Of a stretch of DNA of 64,000 nt, positions 13,468 through 29,280 are shown one piece after another (position 1 is the first letter of the stretch; each line of letters starts with the position of its first letter). The translations under genes and the position numbers were made by a program. The notes under the pieces were generated by a model, which was given only the letters and a program-made list of their open reading frames with translations, was not told the origin of the DNA and ran no database searches. The DNA is from Spirogloea muscicola. Taxonomy: Eukaryota. The stretch covers positions 555,411-619,410 of the forward strand of contig WELB01000018.1 in assembly GCA_009602725.1 (NCBI GenBank). Reading direction: 5' to 3'.

Positions 13468-14288
13468 CTACTTCCGAGGAACTACGACTACGTTCCATCT
13501 GTCAATTGGCGGCTCCCCGGCAAAGATGCCACTCTTCTCAATGTCCTCGTCAAGCATTGACTCCAAGCTGCCTAATCCGCTGATTATCCAACCGAATTGC
13601 ACTTTGTTCATTGCCTTGCGTTCCATGTCGACGTAGCAGGCAAAGGCGGCGTCGATGACAACAATATCATATTCGTACTGGAGAGTGTCGCAGAAGTCGA
13701 AGTCGATCGGGCATCCGAGGATGATGCCCTCGGTCCCGGCCTCCTTGGCCATTTCGACCCCCTTCCTCATCCTCTTCTTCGTCTCTTCCGGGTCCATCTG
13801 GAAGTCCTCGAATTGCAGGTCGAGCCTTGCAAAGGAGACGACTCGGTTTCCACATCCGTATTCGCGAAAAGATTTTTCCATCTGGAACTGCCACTTCTCG
13901 ACGCCGATAATGGAGAAACGGTTGCAAATGCCGGTGATTGCGATGAGCGAAGCCTCGCAAGGGGCGTGACGATCATACCTCCGCAGACCTCTCGCGCCCC
14001 CTTGAGGGTGTCATAGAAGCAGAATATGGCTCATCCATCATAGCCCTTATTGCCGGCGTCGTGCACCAGGTGAAGGACGGGCTGAGTGATGGCAGCTTCA
14101 CTGGCGCAGTGTTGGAGGTTGGTGATGTTCTTCCCGGGAAGATTAAGCGAGACAACATGTACCTCCACATGAGGAGACTTCACCCTGGAAATCATGTCGG
14201 AGACGGCCTTGTTGTGCTTGGGGGTGGTTACCGGGTTGATCCATAGTAGTGTTATCGGCGTGGTAGCCGGTCTCTCTGTGGTGGCCAT
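13468..14288 (-). pseudogene. Racemase pseudogene (duplicate of 9135-9965)
   Basis: Homologous along its length, with an in-frame TGA at ~14031 (TGC in the intact copy) and a 1-bp deletion near 13967. The ORF track shows it as split pieces. Confidence 0.9.
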
Positions 14289-15499
14289 TCATCTGCAATG
14301 AGTTAGTGGTTGGTCTGAGTGCGTGTGCGTATGTGTATCTTTGACACCGTAGATGGTGGTGAAAAGCTTTGGGTTCGAGCGAGTAAGGGTGCAAAGGCGC
14401 TAGGTAGACTGGTCGATGTGCGTCAAGCCTGAGGAAGGAGAGGAAATGAGGGGGGGGTGAGTAGGACTCTTGATGGTGGGCTGTGCGTGGGATGATGCGG
14501 AAGCAGAAGAAGCAGCAAGAGGGGGCGAGGGCTGCCAAAGGCCAGCCCATCAAAGCATTTACAGTCCACAAGGTCCACGGTGATCAGGAAAGCAAGTGAC
14601 ACACCAAGGATTGTATTTGTTAAGTAAATAAATGTGGTGAACTAGCGTATATAGTACATTTGACTCAGCCAGAGGGCCATAGAAGCGCCATACGGAGAAA
14701 AGGGGTAGCTCGGTCAAAGGGAGAAACGGGACGCCCCGGCCCGTTTGCTTGGTTAAATTACTGGTGCGACCACTTCTGCTCCAGTGCGCCCTAGCTATGG
14801 CTGCCATCCACCTTGAGTGCGAGAGGAGCCTGTGCAAGTCTCTCCCTAACTGTCACCATGAGCAGACCTGCGTCTGTACCTCTGAGACAAGGCGGGCCGC
14901 TGCAGGGGCAAACGCCCAGCTGAGGACACGGAGTGGAGAAGACGAGAATGTTGAACCTCACTCTTCGTTATTACTCTTCAGAGTTAGTGAGAGCTGAGGG
15001 TTTAGGAGTTTCACCATCACTCAGCTGGGGCTCAGGCGTTGGAGAAGCGTTTCTCCAGCAGAGAGTGCCGCGCTCTGTCCGCGCCTTCTTGCCCATGGCG
15101 GCGATGGCAGCAGACTCCGAGGAAGCAGGCCGGCAGCAACTCGAGGAAGGCGGCCTTGGCGCTGGCAAGGAGGAGGTGTGGGTGAATGGAGCTCGGTGGC
15201 CCGTGTTGGTAGTGAGCGAGCTTATGCCCACTGACCCCCTTTGTATCGATTGAAAGAAGCAACAGCTACACGAAGCACAATCGGCCCGCCGGGAAAAGGG
15301 CCCAAGAGGGGCCGGCCCGAAGGTGTCCGTTAAGCTAGTGGGTCCGTGTGAATCTCACACTTGTGATTCTGCGTACGTTTCACTCCGATGGTCCGGGCAA
15401 GCCGCCCCCTGGAAATAGCAGGCGCTTCTAGTGGGACACTTAAGTCATATCAGGAAAACCCATATCAAGAACTATTATAAGGAGCTAATGCCTATATTC

Positions 15500-15865
15500 T
15501 AACATGGAAGAAGTGGCACACACAATGGGGGCAAGGGCTGCAAAAAGCCAGCCCAAAAAGAATTGACAAAGGTTCGGAGGGGCGTTCAAGCGTGTAGCAG
15601 CTACAAAGGGGCCTGAAGATGCTATGTCAGAGGAAAGGGCTCGCCCATTGAGGATATGGGCTGGAACAGCCAGCCTAAAAGAGAATGAACGAAGTACAAG
15701 AAGCGGGCTAGGCGAAGCACTAAGGAAGACAAGCACAATAAGAAGCTGAGCTACGAAGCACTCTGTAACCCCAGCTGAGCAGTCGCAGGTCAGAGATGCT
15801 AGGCTGCTGGAAGGGGGTCCCCTGGCCAGAGCCAGAGGCAGCAGCGAGGGCGCGGCCGGCACGAA
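15500..15865 (-). mobile_element. CRE-like non-LTR 3' end (tail type B) plus a second tandem tail
   Basis: Minus strand encodes GRALAAASGSGQGTPFQQPSISDLRLLSWGY, followed by two tttgggctggc...cagcc-type tails. Confidence 0.65.
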
Positions 15866-18800
15866 GGTGCAGTCAGAACAGGGGGAGGATGGATGTAACG
15901 AAGTTACACAAGATGGAACATCTATATCATGGGGATGATAGCTGGAGGGGGTACTGAGGAGGCGAAGGACGCGCGCGATATTAGAGAAAGCGCATCTCTG
16001 AATAATGGCGCGCGACGCTGATGAAGGAGCAATATGGAATTCGGGAGCGCGACGGCGGCAAAGCCGACTAGTATTAGTATTAGTATTCCGCGCGGGTCCC
16101 CCGCAATCGGCGGCGACTCCAGCGGCGGAGGCGGCGGCCACGGGTGGATCTTCTGTGAGGGCTTAGCAAGTGGCCGGGCGCCTAATATTCCCATGAGGCC
16201 GGGGGCAGGGCCCCGAGAACCTCGATGGTTACTAAAGGAGGAGGGGCGGCCAATCGTGGGCCCAATCTCCCCCCCCCAGACGCTTACACTTGGCAATGTC
16301 AACAATTCAACAGCTGGTTTGTTTTGACCCATTGCATACGTTTGGCTCCGACTCCTTTGCTTCGCGACACCAACGCCTCGTCCTTGGGCTTGACGATCCT
16401 CATTCTTTACAATGGATCACTCAGTAGTTACGAGTGAGGAGCCTCAGATCCGACAGACTAGCTGCCGGAAAACTATCCCCAAAGAAGGGGGGTGGCTATT
16501 GAATGCGGCTATAGATTGCAGCCAAAAGGTGCGAAATCAGAGTCGCCAGATCTAAGGAAAAGCAAAGACGTATGGGCCCACTGCTCGGGCTGCGCATACT
16601 GTATCTCACGTACGCATTCAAAAAGCAGCGACTAGAGGGTGAAATCAAAGGAAAAGGATGATGTCTATGAAGCTATTGATGGGGTTGAGTCAATTGCCTC
16701 TCTCGGCTGAGAAGCTGGACTCGGACTAAGAGGCGATGCGTGGTACGGCCAAAAACATGGCAGTGGAAGCCAAGGCGCTTGCAAAGGTCTTCACGAGTTT
16801 CCGAAGCGGCACCTGCACTTGTGAGAAGCTGCACACAGGGCCTGTTTAAAGTGCCAGGTGCCGCACACTGCTTGTCCCACGCTGCTATTGCTTGGAGGGG
16901 TTGGGTCTGACAATGGAGTAGGAGCAAATACAATCTGCGATGATGTGACTCTAAATCTGGTTCTGGCGGCATGGTGTGCTGCTGCCCGCGCTTTATCTGC
17001 TGCCAGCCGACCTAGGCAAATGCGATGCAGTGTAAAGGCTGAATGACAGGTGCAGGCAGGCAAAGTAGTCAAGTCTCTTCAATTTGGCAATGGTGGCCTG
17101 CAGCCGAGGAATAGAGACTAATGGCTGATGTGGAGGGCACGGATGTGGGTCATGGTCGAGGGTGGCGACACGCACACGCACGGGGTGATGGCTGTGTTTC
17201 GTTCTTCCAGCCATCTACCTGGGGTGGCATGGCACCAAGGGTTGTGTCGCGGCTTGCAGCTAGCAGTAATGAGGATCTCTATCACCTGGATCTGGGTTGT
17301 TATGGCATGTGGAGGGAAGTCTGAAGATCGATTGAAACTATACCTTAAGCGCCGCATGTGGAGCTCTGCATCTGCTGGCATTTAAGTGTAATGATCTGTC
17401 TTCAGTTAGCAGCATTTGAGGTGTATATAAAATACCTGTATCTGGCAGCTTGTGAGGATCAGTATCTGGCAATCACAATAATAGTTGCATCTGAAGTATC
17501 TGAACTTTGGCGGAGATTGACATCTGCTAGTCTGCGTTGAGAAATTCTTGAGTGAAACATGAGCAGATGTGGTCACCCTGGAGCTGCAATGCCAGAGACA
17601 TGAACAGGCACAAGTCAGGAGCAGGCGCAGGCACAAATGCAAAAGTACATGCGAAAGCAGGAACGCGCCGGTGCAGGTCATTTAGGGGCGCTTGGTTTCA
17701 TGCACATGTGCAACGAGGAATAGGCACATTGGGCTTTCATTGAAACTGCGGCATTCACGCTGCTCCGGTCCACCTAGCTATGGCTTTTTCGGCACCTCTT
17801 TGGCTTTGAATATTGTCCATTCTTTTCGGGCTGGCTTTGCCAGCCACTCTTCTCTATGGGCGAGCACTTTGTTTGGCTGCCAACCAAGCATGGGCGGGCG
17901 GTGCCTGTGCTACTTTGATCTATATCTGCAGCTTTGAGCGGATTTGAGTCTGTGCCGCAGAGATGGGCCGGTCTGCTTGTTTTATGATAAGGGGCAAATG
18001 TCGAGCAGACGGTACAGATAGGAGAAGAGATGGGTGGTATTCCTTTTTGGATGCAGCCGGGAGGTGCGACATTGAGAGTCGCCAGATACTGACAAGCAAA
18101 TTTCTAGCATATAGAACGGATTGCCAGTCGATGGGTGAGTCGCTGTGGGCAGCGGATGAGTGGTTGGATTGGGCGCTGGCTTAGCCATGGGAAGGCCTCT
18201 CGCTGAGGCAGCTGACTGAAGGACTGGGGCTTTTGGTCTTCGTGCTTAAGCGGTGACCTTGCCTGACTGCCGAGACCAAGTGCATGGTGCTGTTGTGCAT
18301 TGCTTGGTGGCAACGTGTTGGTACGTCCACCCGGTTGGACGATATATTGACGGTGATGCCTAAGTGTGGGGGTAACCCACGCGGCCAAGGGGGCTTGGCG
18401 CTATTATCAGCAGAGAGTTGAGATTGCCAGCTAAGGATGCGTAAATTTGTGTTTGACATGTTCAGCAGGTTGTGCGGAGCGGCTATCCTCAGCCCACTTA
18501 TCTTTATTTGAGACCGGCCTGCTTCACGCAGGACTCTGACATGGTGGGCAACAGCGTGGTAGGTAATTGGTCATGCTGAAGGCTCTGATGCTGGCGAAGG
18601 AGGCAGCTCGAGAGTATGTCACGAACATACATAGGCTCAATGCAGTTGGTTGTGCGGATTGATACAAGGTATAGTCAATGAATAGTGACATTTCATGAAA
18701 GAAAGATCTAAGACCTGACTATGCAATGCAACTCCTAGTCTGTTGTGCTAGTTCAGCACGCCCAGCGGTGTGGCAAGAATGAATGGCTTCTACGATGTCA

Positions 18801-18983
18801 TATTGGTAGCTAGCTAATAGAGGAGTGCTTGCTGATATATTGACAGGGCCGCCACTGTCTGGTGTGACGCTCTTAGCAGAAATTACAAGCTGCTGATATA
18901 TGTGCAGCACTAGCCCTCACTCATAGCTGCAGAACACCTACCTAGCTGCTATTACGTACAAAAACGGCAAAAATTGTTGACTT

Positions 18984-22285
<3,302 letters not shown>

Positions 22286-22608
22286 NNNNNNNNNNNNNNN
22301 NNNNNNNNNNNNNNNNNNNNNNNNNNNNNNNNNNNNNNNNNNNNNNNNNNNNNNNNNNNNNNNNNNNNNNNNNNNNNNNNNNNNNNNNNNNNNNNNNNNN
22401 NNNNNNNNNNNNNNNNNNNNNNNNNNNNNNNNNNNNNNNNNNNNNNNNNNNNNNNNNNNNNNNNNNNNNNNNNNNNNNNNNNNNNNNNNNNNNNNNNNNN
22501 NNNNNNNNNNNNNNNNNNNNNNNNNNNNNNNNNNNNNNNNNNNNNNNNNNNNNNNNNNNNNNNNNNNNNNNNNNNNNNNNNNNNNNNNNNNNNNNNNNNN
22601 NNNNNNNN
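22286..22608. other. Assembly gap (N run)
   Basis: About 320 consecutive Ns. Confidence 0.99.
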
Positions 22609-23160
22609 CCGCAATCGACACTTTCGGCTGCTTGGGTCCTCGCTTCCATACCCTACTCGAGAACATAGCGAGTCTGGGATGTGCACGACGCGAGGATATG
22701 CTCCCAGCCCAGATGGGTATGCCGGCAGCCTATCTGTTATTTCTGCGACATCGAGTGTCAACCTGTCTGCAACGAGCTCAGGCATATGCTCTGCATCAGA
22801 AAGCTGGTCGAGCCTTAGCTGCTGGCAAAAGAGCTAGTCGATTGCCGTCCGGTATTCGAGCGTCAGCTAGCGACCTCTATGTGCTGACTCGTGGTTACTG
22901 AGCGGGTCAGCTTAGCAGCAGGTGACGTACATTTGTCCAATGTGCTTGCCTTTGTACTTGGCCACACATGGCCTCCCCATCTCTTAATATACACGCATTC
23001 CTTTCCTCAACTCCAAAACCCAACCCAAACCCCTGGACCTCCAAACAGCGACCTCGATGTGACGACTCGTGGTTACTGAGCGGGTCAGCTCAGCAGCAGG
23101 AGATGTAAAACCGTCAATGTGCTTGCCATTGTACTTGGCCGCTCGGGCCCTCCATCCCTC
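22609..23160 (+). mobile_element. CRE-like non-LTR 3' end (tail type A) with a tandem second tail
   Basis: AIDTFGCLGPRFHTLL...RVSTCLQRAQA...SDLYVLTRGY* (stop 22901) resembles the end of the RLE domain of CRE-clade ORFs. The tail is repeated at ~23045-23160. Confidence 0.75.
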
Positions 23161-23699
23161 TGTTCAGCCTCTGTTCTGGGCTGGCCTCTCACAGCCACCG
23201 CCCTCTCCTGGAAGCGTCGTCTCCTCTCATGACCCCGCACTCCACTTTCGCCATCGCTGGCGCCGGGTGACGCTGAATCCAGGTGCGGCAGGCGCCGCCG
23301 CGCCTGCAGTGCCGTCTCACGGCCTGGCCGTGCCCGGCGACTGCTCCCCCGAGCGAGGCATCGTGGCAACGTGGGCGCCGGGCGGTGGCTCTGTTGGTGG
23401 CCAGCCAGAGCGACGCACTCCCAGCATCAGAGCCCCTTGACTCGATCATGACCCGAGTCGACGACAGCCTGGTCCAGGAGAAGGAGCTGCACCCCATGTC
23501 GCCGCCACTGGCATGCCCAGCATGAGATGCAGAAGAAGCCTGCCCACTCTGCCAGGACAGAGGTGGCACTTCGAAACATCGGTGGATGTCAATGCCGACC
23601 AATAAGGATTCGGGCAGAGAGATCGTGCCGCTTCAATGTCAATAAGCCACCTGCACAGGTACTTGCACTTCAAAGCCTGCTGCTCGGTCTGTCATACTT

Positions 23700-24190
23700 G
23701 ACAAAGCCACACAGAACTGCTTCTACTCAGATGCTCATTCTCCGTGCGTTCTTTAGCATGAAGTCGGCAGCCAAGGCTGGCTTAGGAGCGGCCAGCCGAC
23801 ATTGGTGGAGCAGGCCAGCATCCAAGCACGCCGCAACCACACAGGAAGGATGTGTTTTACTGGCAACTGACATCTACACGACTTTTGCTACCAAGCGGCT
23901 GGACTGGCTGCTGCTGCTGGCACTTTGCAGGAAAGCAATGTGACTGGCATGGATCATAAATACGAATCCGTGTACAAAGCTCTTTCGCCTGCTTCTATCA
24001 TCATGCGCCTCTCCGTCTTGCTGCAGGCGTCCACTTTGCATCTACCCGCTAGGCGCATGCTAGACGGAGCTTTGGGGCTCTGTATGGGCGCCTCCTCTTT
24101 CCATTATGTCCGACTTGTGATTGCTGATGATTGGCTACTGGAACCCCCACCAGGGCAGCCACTGCATTGGCTGAGTAGGCGTCCTGTCTG
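23700..24190 (+). pseudogene. Highly degenerate non-LTR reverse transcriptase fragment
   Basis: VLLATDIYTTFATKRLDWL resembles D..KAFD, LSPASI resembles PLSP.LF, and LVIADDWLL resembles YADD. The order is correct but spans frameshifts. Confidence 0.35.
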
Positions 24191-24875
24191 AGACAGCTTA
24201 CTCTTAGACCAGCACCTCGTGTACCTATGGCCCATGTCCTGTCCACCATTTTTGCTGGTTTGTCGGTACTGCTGCTACTGATGGAAGCCCGTAGTCTTCC
24301 CTCGAGCTGTTGCCAGCTTGGTGGACTTCCTCTTTGCTTGAGCAGGGAATGCGCGACTCTTGCCCCCTCTCTGTACTTGAGCCTCCCTGGCTTGCTCCGC
24401 GTAGGCCCTCTTGTCCATGCTTTGGACTGGCCGTTCACAGCCACCGCCCTCTCACTTTGGAGGAGCACCTTCCTTGGCTGGCTGCGCACAGCTGCAGCCG
24501 CTCAGACGAGAGAGGCTTTCTGCAAAGGAGGTGGTGGCTGCAAGAGGAGAAAGAGTCTCCCAAATTAGGGCGATGGCTATGATTGGCCAACCTAGAAAAA
24601 GAATGAACTGAAGGAAAGGCTGTGGAAGGCCAGCCCAGGAAAGTGGACACCTCTGAAGGGGTTGCTATGTAACGATATTTACATAGCTGGATTGTCGATG
24701 CAGCAGTAAGAACTCGACAGGTGACTCCGAGACTAGACAACTCACCAGACTGACAGTAATGTGGCTGTCAATGCTGCAGGGAAAGGCTTGACAGATGCCT
24801 AGAGAGACTATACACCTAAGCAGGCTGACGACCGGGGAGGTTGGTATCTTCCTCAAGCTAAGGGCCAATTTACAT

Positions 24876-25704
24876 CGGGACGGACGGACGGACGCTGGCG
24901 TCCGCCCCGTTGGGAGGGGGGACGCGGCCACGGAGGCCGAGGCCGCCTGCACGTGCAGGACCGAATCGGAGACTTCGTGTATTGGGGTTTGAGGGGTGCC
25001 AGCTGTCCCTTCTCGGGCAGGCCGAAGGGGGTGGAGGACGAGGGAGGGGGGGGCGGACGGAACTGGGCCCTCCTCGGGAGATGGGCCCAGTTCCGTCCGC
25101 CCTCGTGGCAAAAGCGCGCGTTTCCGCCTTAACGCGCCCCAAAAGGCGTCCTAGTCAGCGCCGATGTGGCGCCTCCGTGGCGCGCGTCCGCGTCCGGGCG
25201 CGCAGGCTGTGTAAAGCCGGGCTGTGTAAAGCGGGACGGACGGACGGACGGAGGGGTACGTGTCGCGCGGTGTATGGAACGCCCGGCTTTACACAGCCTG
25301 CGCGCCCGGACGCGGGACGCGCGCCACGGAGCGCCACATCGGCGCTGACTAGGACTCCTCTTGCCCCCGTTAAGGAGGAAGAACGTGCCATTTGCACATC
25401 TGGCGCTGACTAGGACGCAATAAATCCCCGTTAAGGAAGTAACTCGGCGTACCACGAGGGTGGTCAAGTTCCCGGCCCTCCTCCCGAGGAAAAGCGTGGC
25501 CGAATTGACTGGAGGGCCGAGCTTTCGACCCCACCCCCCCCCCCGCCAATGTGCTTGCCTTTGTACTTGGCCACACATGGCCTCCCCATCGCTTAATATA
25601 CACGCATTCCCCCCCCCTGTTCCGCAAATGCAGGCGGCCACGGCCTCCGTGGCGGCGACCCACCCCATGACCCAGTGGTCAGCACGTGCGTGACCGACCG
25701 ACCG
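24876..25704. repeat. GC-rich nested inverted-repeat (foldback/MITE-like) element
   Basis: IR 24927-24951/25629-25653 (24 of 25 match), perfect 20-bp stem 25051-25070/25083-25102, ~75-bp IR 25148-25222/25281-25355, and (GGAC)n runs. Confidence 0.8.
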
Positions 25705-26734
25705 AGTGTAAAGTGGCCCACAGAGGCCGGTAGGGCGTCGACAGCTACAGAGGGGGAACCCCAGAAGGAGGGGGTGGTGATGTCTTTTTCACCACCCTTG
25801 GACCCCTGAACCTTGCCCCTGCAAAGTTCGTACTTTGTTACTGTTGCAACACCATCCATTGCCTTCCCGACTTTTCTTGCTCCGTTGATACTCTGGGCTT
25901 GGCATTTTGCTCGATTAAGTACACCAATGGACATTGACGTGGACATCAAACTGCTCACATTAGCCCGTTGGTAGTAGACCATAAGTGGTCATGACATGCC
26001 CAATCACTGCTTGCCCATTCACTGGCCATTGGCAGGTTGTTGACGGGGGTACCATTGTTTGGTCGGAGGTGGGAGACCAACACGGTAGACTGCAGGTTGG
26101 GTAAATCGTTCGTAGTCCTGTTTAAGATTGTGCGCGGGTCGTCAACTCAACTAGTGACCATTGGTGCCTGTCACTACCTGGGGGCTGGGTTGGTCTAGCT
26201 TACGGAGAGACCCGGAGCGCGTGGGCTATCCAGGAAGACAGTGAGAGGGCGAGGCTGTTGACTTTCTCACACACCGTAGATCCTAAGATTCACCCTCAGA
26301 CCCCTTCAGACCTCTAGACCTTGGGATTCTGCTCCTACTCTACCATTGCTAACCCCGTATTATTCCTTTTCAACCTTTCCAGCTTCGCTGAGCGCCTGGG
26401 CTTAGCAATCTGCTCGCCCTGGGAGGCGAAGGCTCTGTGCCAATCACAGACCGCTGGACATACAATCATGAGGCAATTTTGTCACAGCAAATTCAGACAC
26501 AGTCGCATTCAGGACCCTTGAGAGGTGCTAAGCATACTGTTGGCCAAATCAGTCTTCTCCAACCTAGTCAGATGTAGAACGTATGCAAGGTGTAGTACTC
26601 AGTAATTTGGCAGGCCTGATGCTGCACAAATATTCTCAACCTCAGCTCATGACTGCTGGCGTGCAGGCGCATAGAGAGACAGCCACCTCAGAAAGACACC
26701 GACGAGCAGGACCAAGATAGGTCACAGAAATCTG

Positions 26735-28365
26735 TCAGGATATTGGTGGCTTGAGATCTCGTGGCGTACATGCTGGCAAACAATGACCCGATAGGAAGAG
26801 TGTCCTCGTCAGCTTCTTGTCTTCTGGCACAAGTTTATTTAAGTAACATGTGCGAGCCTCCCGGTACCAACATACCCCATAGGTAACTGAGCCTGCAACT
26901 ATTATACCATATGCTGGAATAACACCAATGACGCAGCTAGTCAACACAAGCTTGAACAACCCTGCGCCTGTCCACCAAATAGTACCAAATTCCGAGGCAC
27001 CACCAATTGTGGCTACAGCTGTCGTGCGCAACGTGGCCTTCACAAGAGTATGACAAAATTTTGCAATCAGGTCAACATGTGTTCTTTGAGTAGCCCAGGT
27101 GTAAGCATCTTCTAATAACATTCTACTTCAGCATGCAGTATGAACGAACAGGAGTCAATTGCCTGTCTGATCCACCAAAAGTAAAACTCGGAAGTTCTAC
27201 AGGGAGATATGTCTATCATGCCCTTATGTCTTCACATAAATGCAGACACAACATAATCAATTTGGGCTTTGCAACCAGGGAAGCAGTCTTGGACCTACCT
27301 TCACTGCATTAGTTTCAAAAAGCTGCCATCCTACATTCATAACCCTCCCCTTTGGTACACCAGACTCGTCCACGTCACAGACTATTCCCTTCATCTTTAT
27401 GTAAGGCCGTTTATACAGGTCAGTGCTGCCGCATATAACAAAGCGATTAATGTTTTCTGGCATCACAACTTCGCCTTCATCAGAGGTAGGAAGAACAGCG
27501 TGGCGAAAGTAGACAACCTCCCTATCGTGTGGCAGCGCTTTGGCTTTGCCCATTGCCACGACCATTTCAATTGCATCTGGTAACGTCCTGAATCACATGA
27601 CAAAAATTGTCATCCACTTCCTAAAATGTCTGCAAAGGCAAGCCTTATATGGAACAGCCGCACTGAAGCTCGAAATGCTGGACTGTGTTGCTGCACATGT
27701 CTTCACAAAGAGCATAGAAGCAGCACAGGGCTGCTCGATTGAGTACTTTCCTAAGATTCTGGACTGTAACATTGCACTCCATTGTATTGCTGGACTGCAA
27801 CATGTGATAGTGGCAGTGTGCTGTTGAGGAGATTTTGCAACTTCCTTAGCTAAGTGATGTCTTTTCTCTTCGTCTGTCAAGGCTTCGCAGCACATAAAGT
27901 ATGCATCTTCATTGAATGGGATGAAAATGCCGTGCTTGTCACCCGGCAAATCCTTCAGGAAACCACGTGCTAATCTGGGAGTATCACGAGCTGCATCACT
28001 CGACATGCTCGCCTCTGCAACTGCAGCCACCCGTGTGTTCCAAATGTTTTTAGCAACTCCACTCGCAAGGCTCGGAGCACAGCTTTGCAGCATTCGCCAA
28101 GCCATGGCGTCCAGGTTGTGTGCCCTGTACATAGGCATGCAGAGCAAGCCCTTAGGTCTCTTGAAAGAGCAGTTCGGGTAGTCAAATACGAAATGCTAAG
28201 GGAGTGGCACTTTTTGTTAAGCCATCGCACATATTGCGCAACAAAGAGTACTAAGTTTGCACCAGCCATTGACGAGATAGGATGTTTGATGTCGAGGCCC
28301 AGTATACGAGCTTGAGGCAGAGCCTCAGTTTCAGATTGATTCTTACTCGGCTGGAATCTCAACAA
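26735..28365 (-). CDS. Hypothetical or degenerate protein-coding locus of unknown family
   Basis: Four consecutive minus-strand ORFs (131, 184, 102 and 128 aa) with protein-like composition, a plausible GT donor after ...ETNAVK (~27297) and a hydrophobic C-terminal segment. No recognised motif. Confidence 0.35.
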
Positions 28366-29049
28366 TTCGCGCAGTCAGACGCCATTCCAGCTGCACCCTT
28401 AAGCATCGGGCATGCCATCTTCCTTACCTACACTGCAGCTGCTAAGCGGGGCAGGCCCAGGTTGGCAGGCCGGAGAAGATCGTCCGTGTGACCATCCCCT
28501 GAGTCTCATATCAAGAGCCTGTGGAGGCCCGATTCAGCAGCTCTAGCGTTTGACAAAGCTAGAGCACTACAGGCAGAGCTCTACTGATGACTCCAGCGGG
28601 AGTGGCCGGTCACCCCTGTGATAAGCATGCAGCGATTTGAGAAGGTGGTGAACAGGGCTGTGTGCAGTTGAGCCGGTACAAGAGAGGGGGCGCGTGGTGC
28701 GCCTGAGGGGAAAGGGAGGCCAGATCAAGCCATGACAGGAAACGGAGGTGTCACTGGCAAGTCACGTACCAGAGGAGGGGTGGCAAGCCATGGACAGGCG
28801 CGCGAGGGGAGCGCTGTCGGGGCGGGGCCGCGGGGCGGGACGGCGCCAGCGGCCAGGCAGGCGGGAGAAGAGGGGGGGGCCGGAGCCCCAGAATGGTTAT
28901 GCAGGCGGGGGGAGGGGGGGCTCTTTCGTGCTTTCGTGCGGCTTGGCGGTCAACGGGAAGTGAGGGTCAAGGGGGGCGGATAGCGGTGGCGGCCACGGGT
29001 GGCGGGCCACCGCCCGCCACCGCTGAAGATAGAAGAGGGAAGAGAGAGA

Positions 29050-29280
29050 GAGAGCGAAGGCGCGCGGGGCGCATGAATTGAAAGGGAGGCCAATTCAAGC
29101 CAATACATTGTTCAGGCAGAGTCGAGTGCAGACTAAACAATGCTACATAATACGGAGACCTAATCTAAGGTACCTAAGATGACATTAGTACCCACGGGTG
29201 AGCACAAACAAATCTGACAAGCTAACTTGGGGAGCTGGAGCGCCGCCACGAAAGCCGGAGGCCTGACTGAAGAGGGAAAA
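29050..29280 (-). mobile_element. CRE-like 3' end (tail type C)
   Basis: QASGFRGGAPAPQVSLSDLFVLTRGY*, then a tail ending ggcctccctttcaattcatgcgccccgcgcgcctt next to (TC)n. Confidence 0.7.

Larger units (their letters stand above)
6102..14575 (+). repeat. Tandem segmental duplication: copy 1 ~6102-10250, copy 2 ~10578-14575
   Basis: Colinear diverged copies of the 3' exons and introns of the glycosyltransferase, the intergenic DNA and the racemase. Example: gccttgtggaccgtgctcatgtagcagg occurs at ~7020 and ~11518. Confidence 0.93.
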
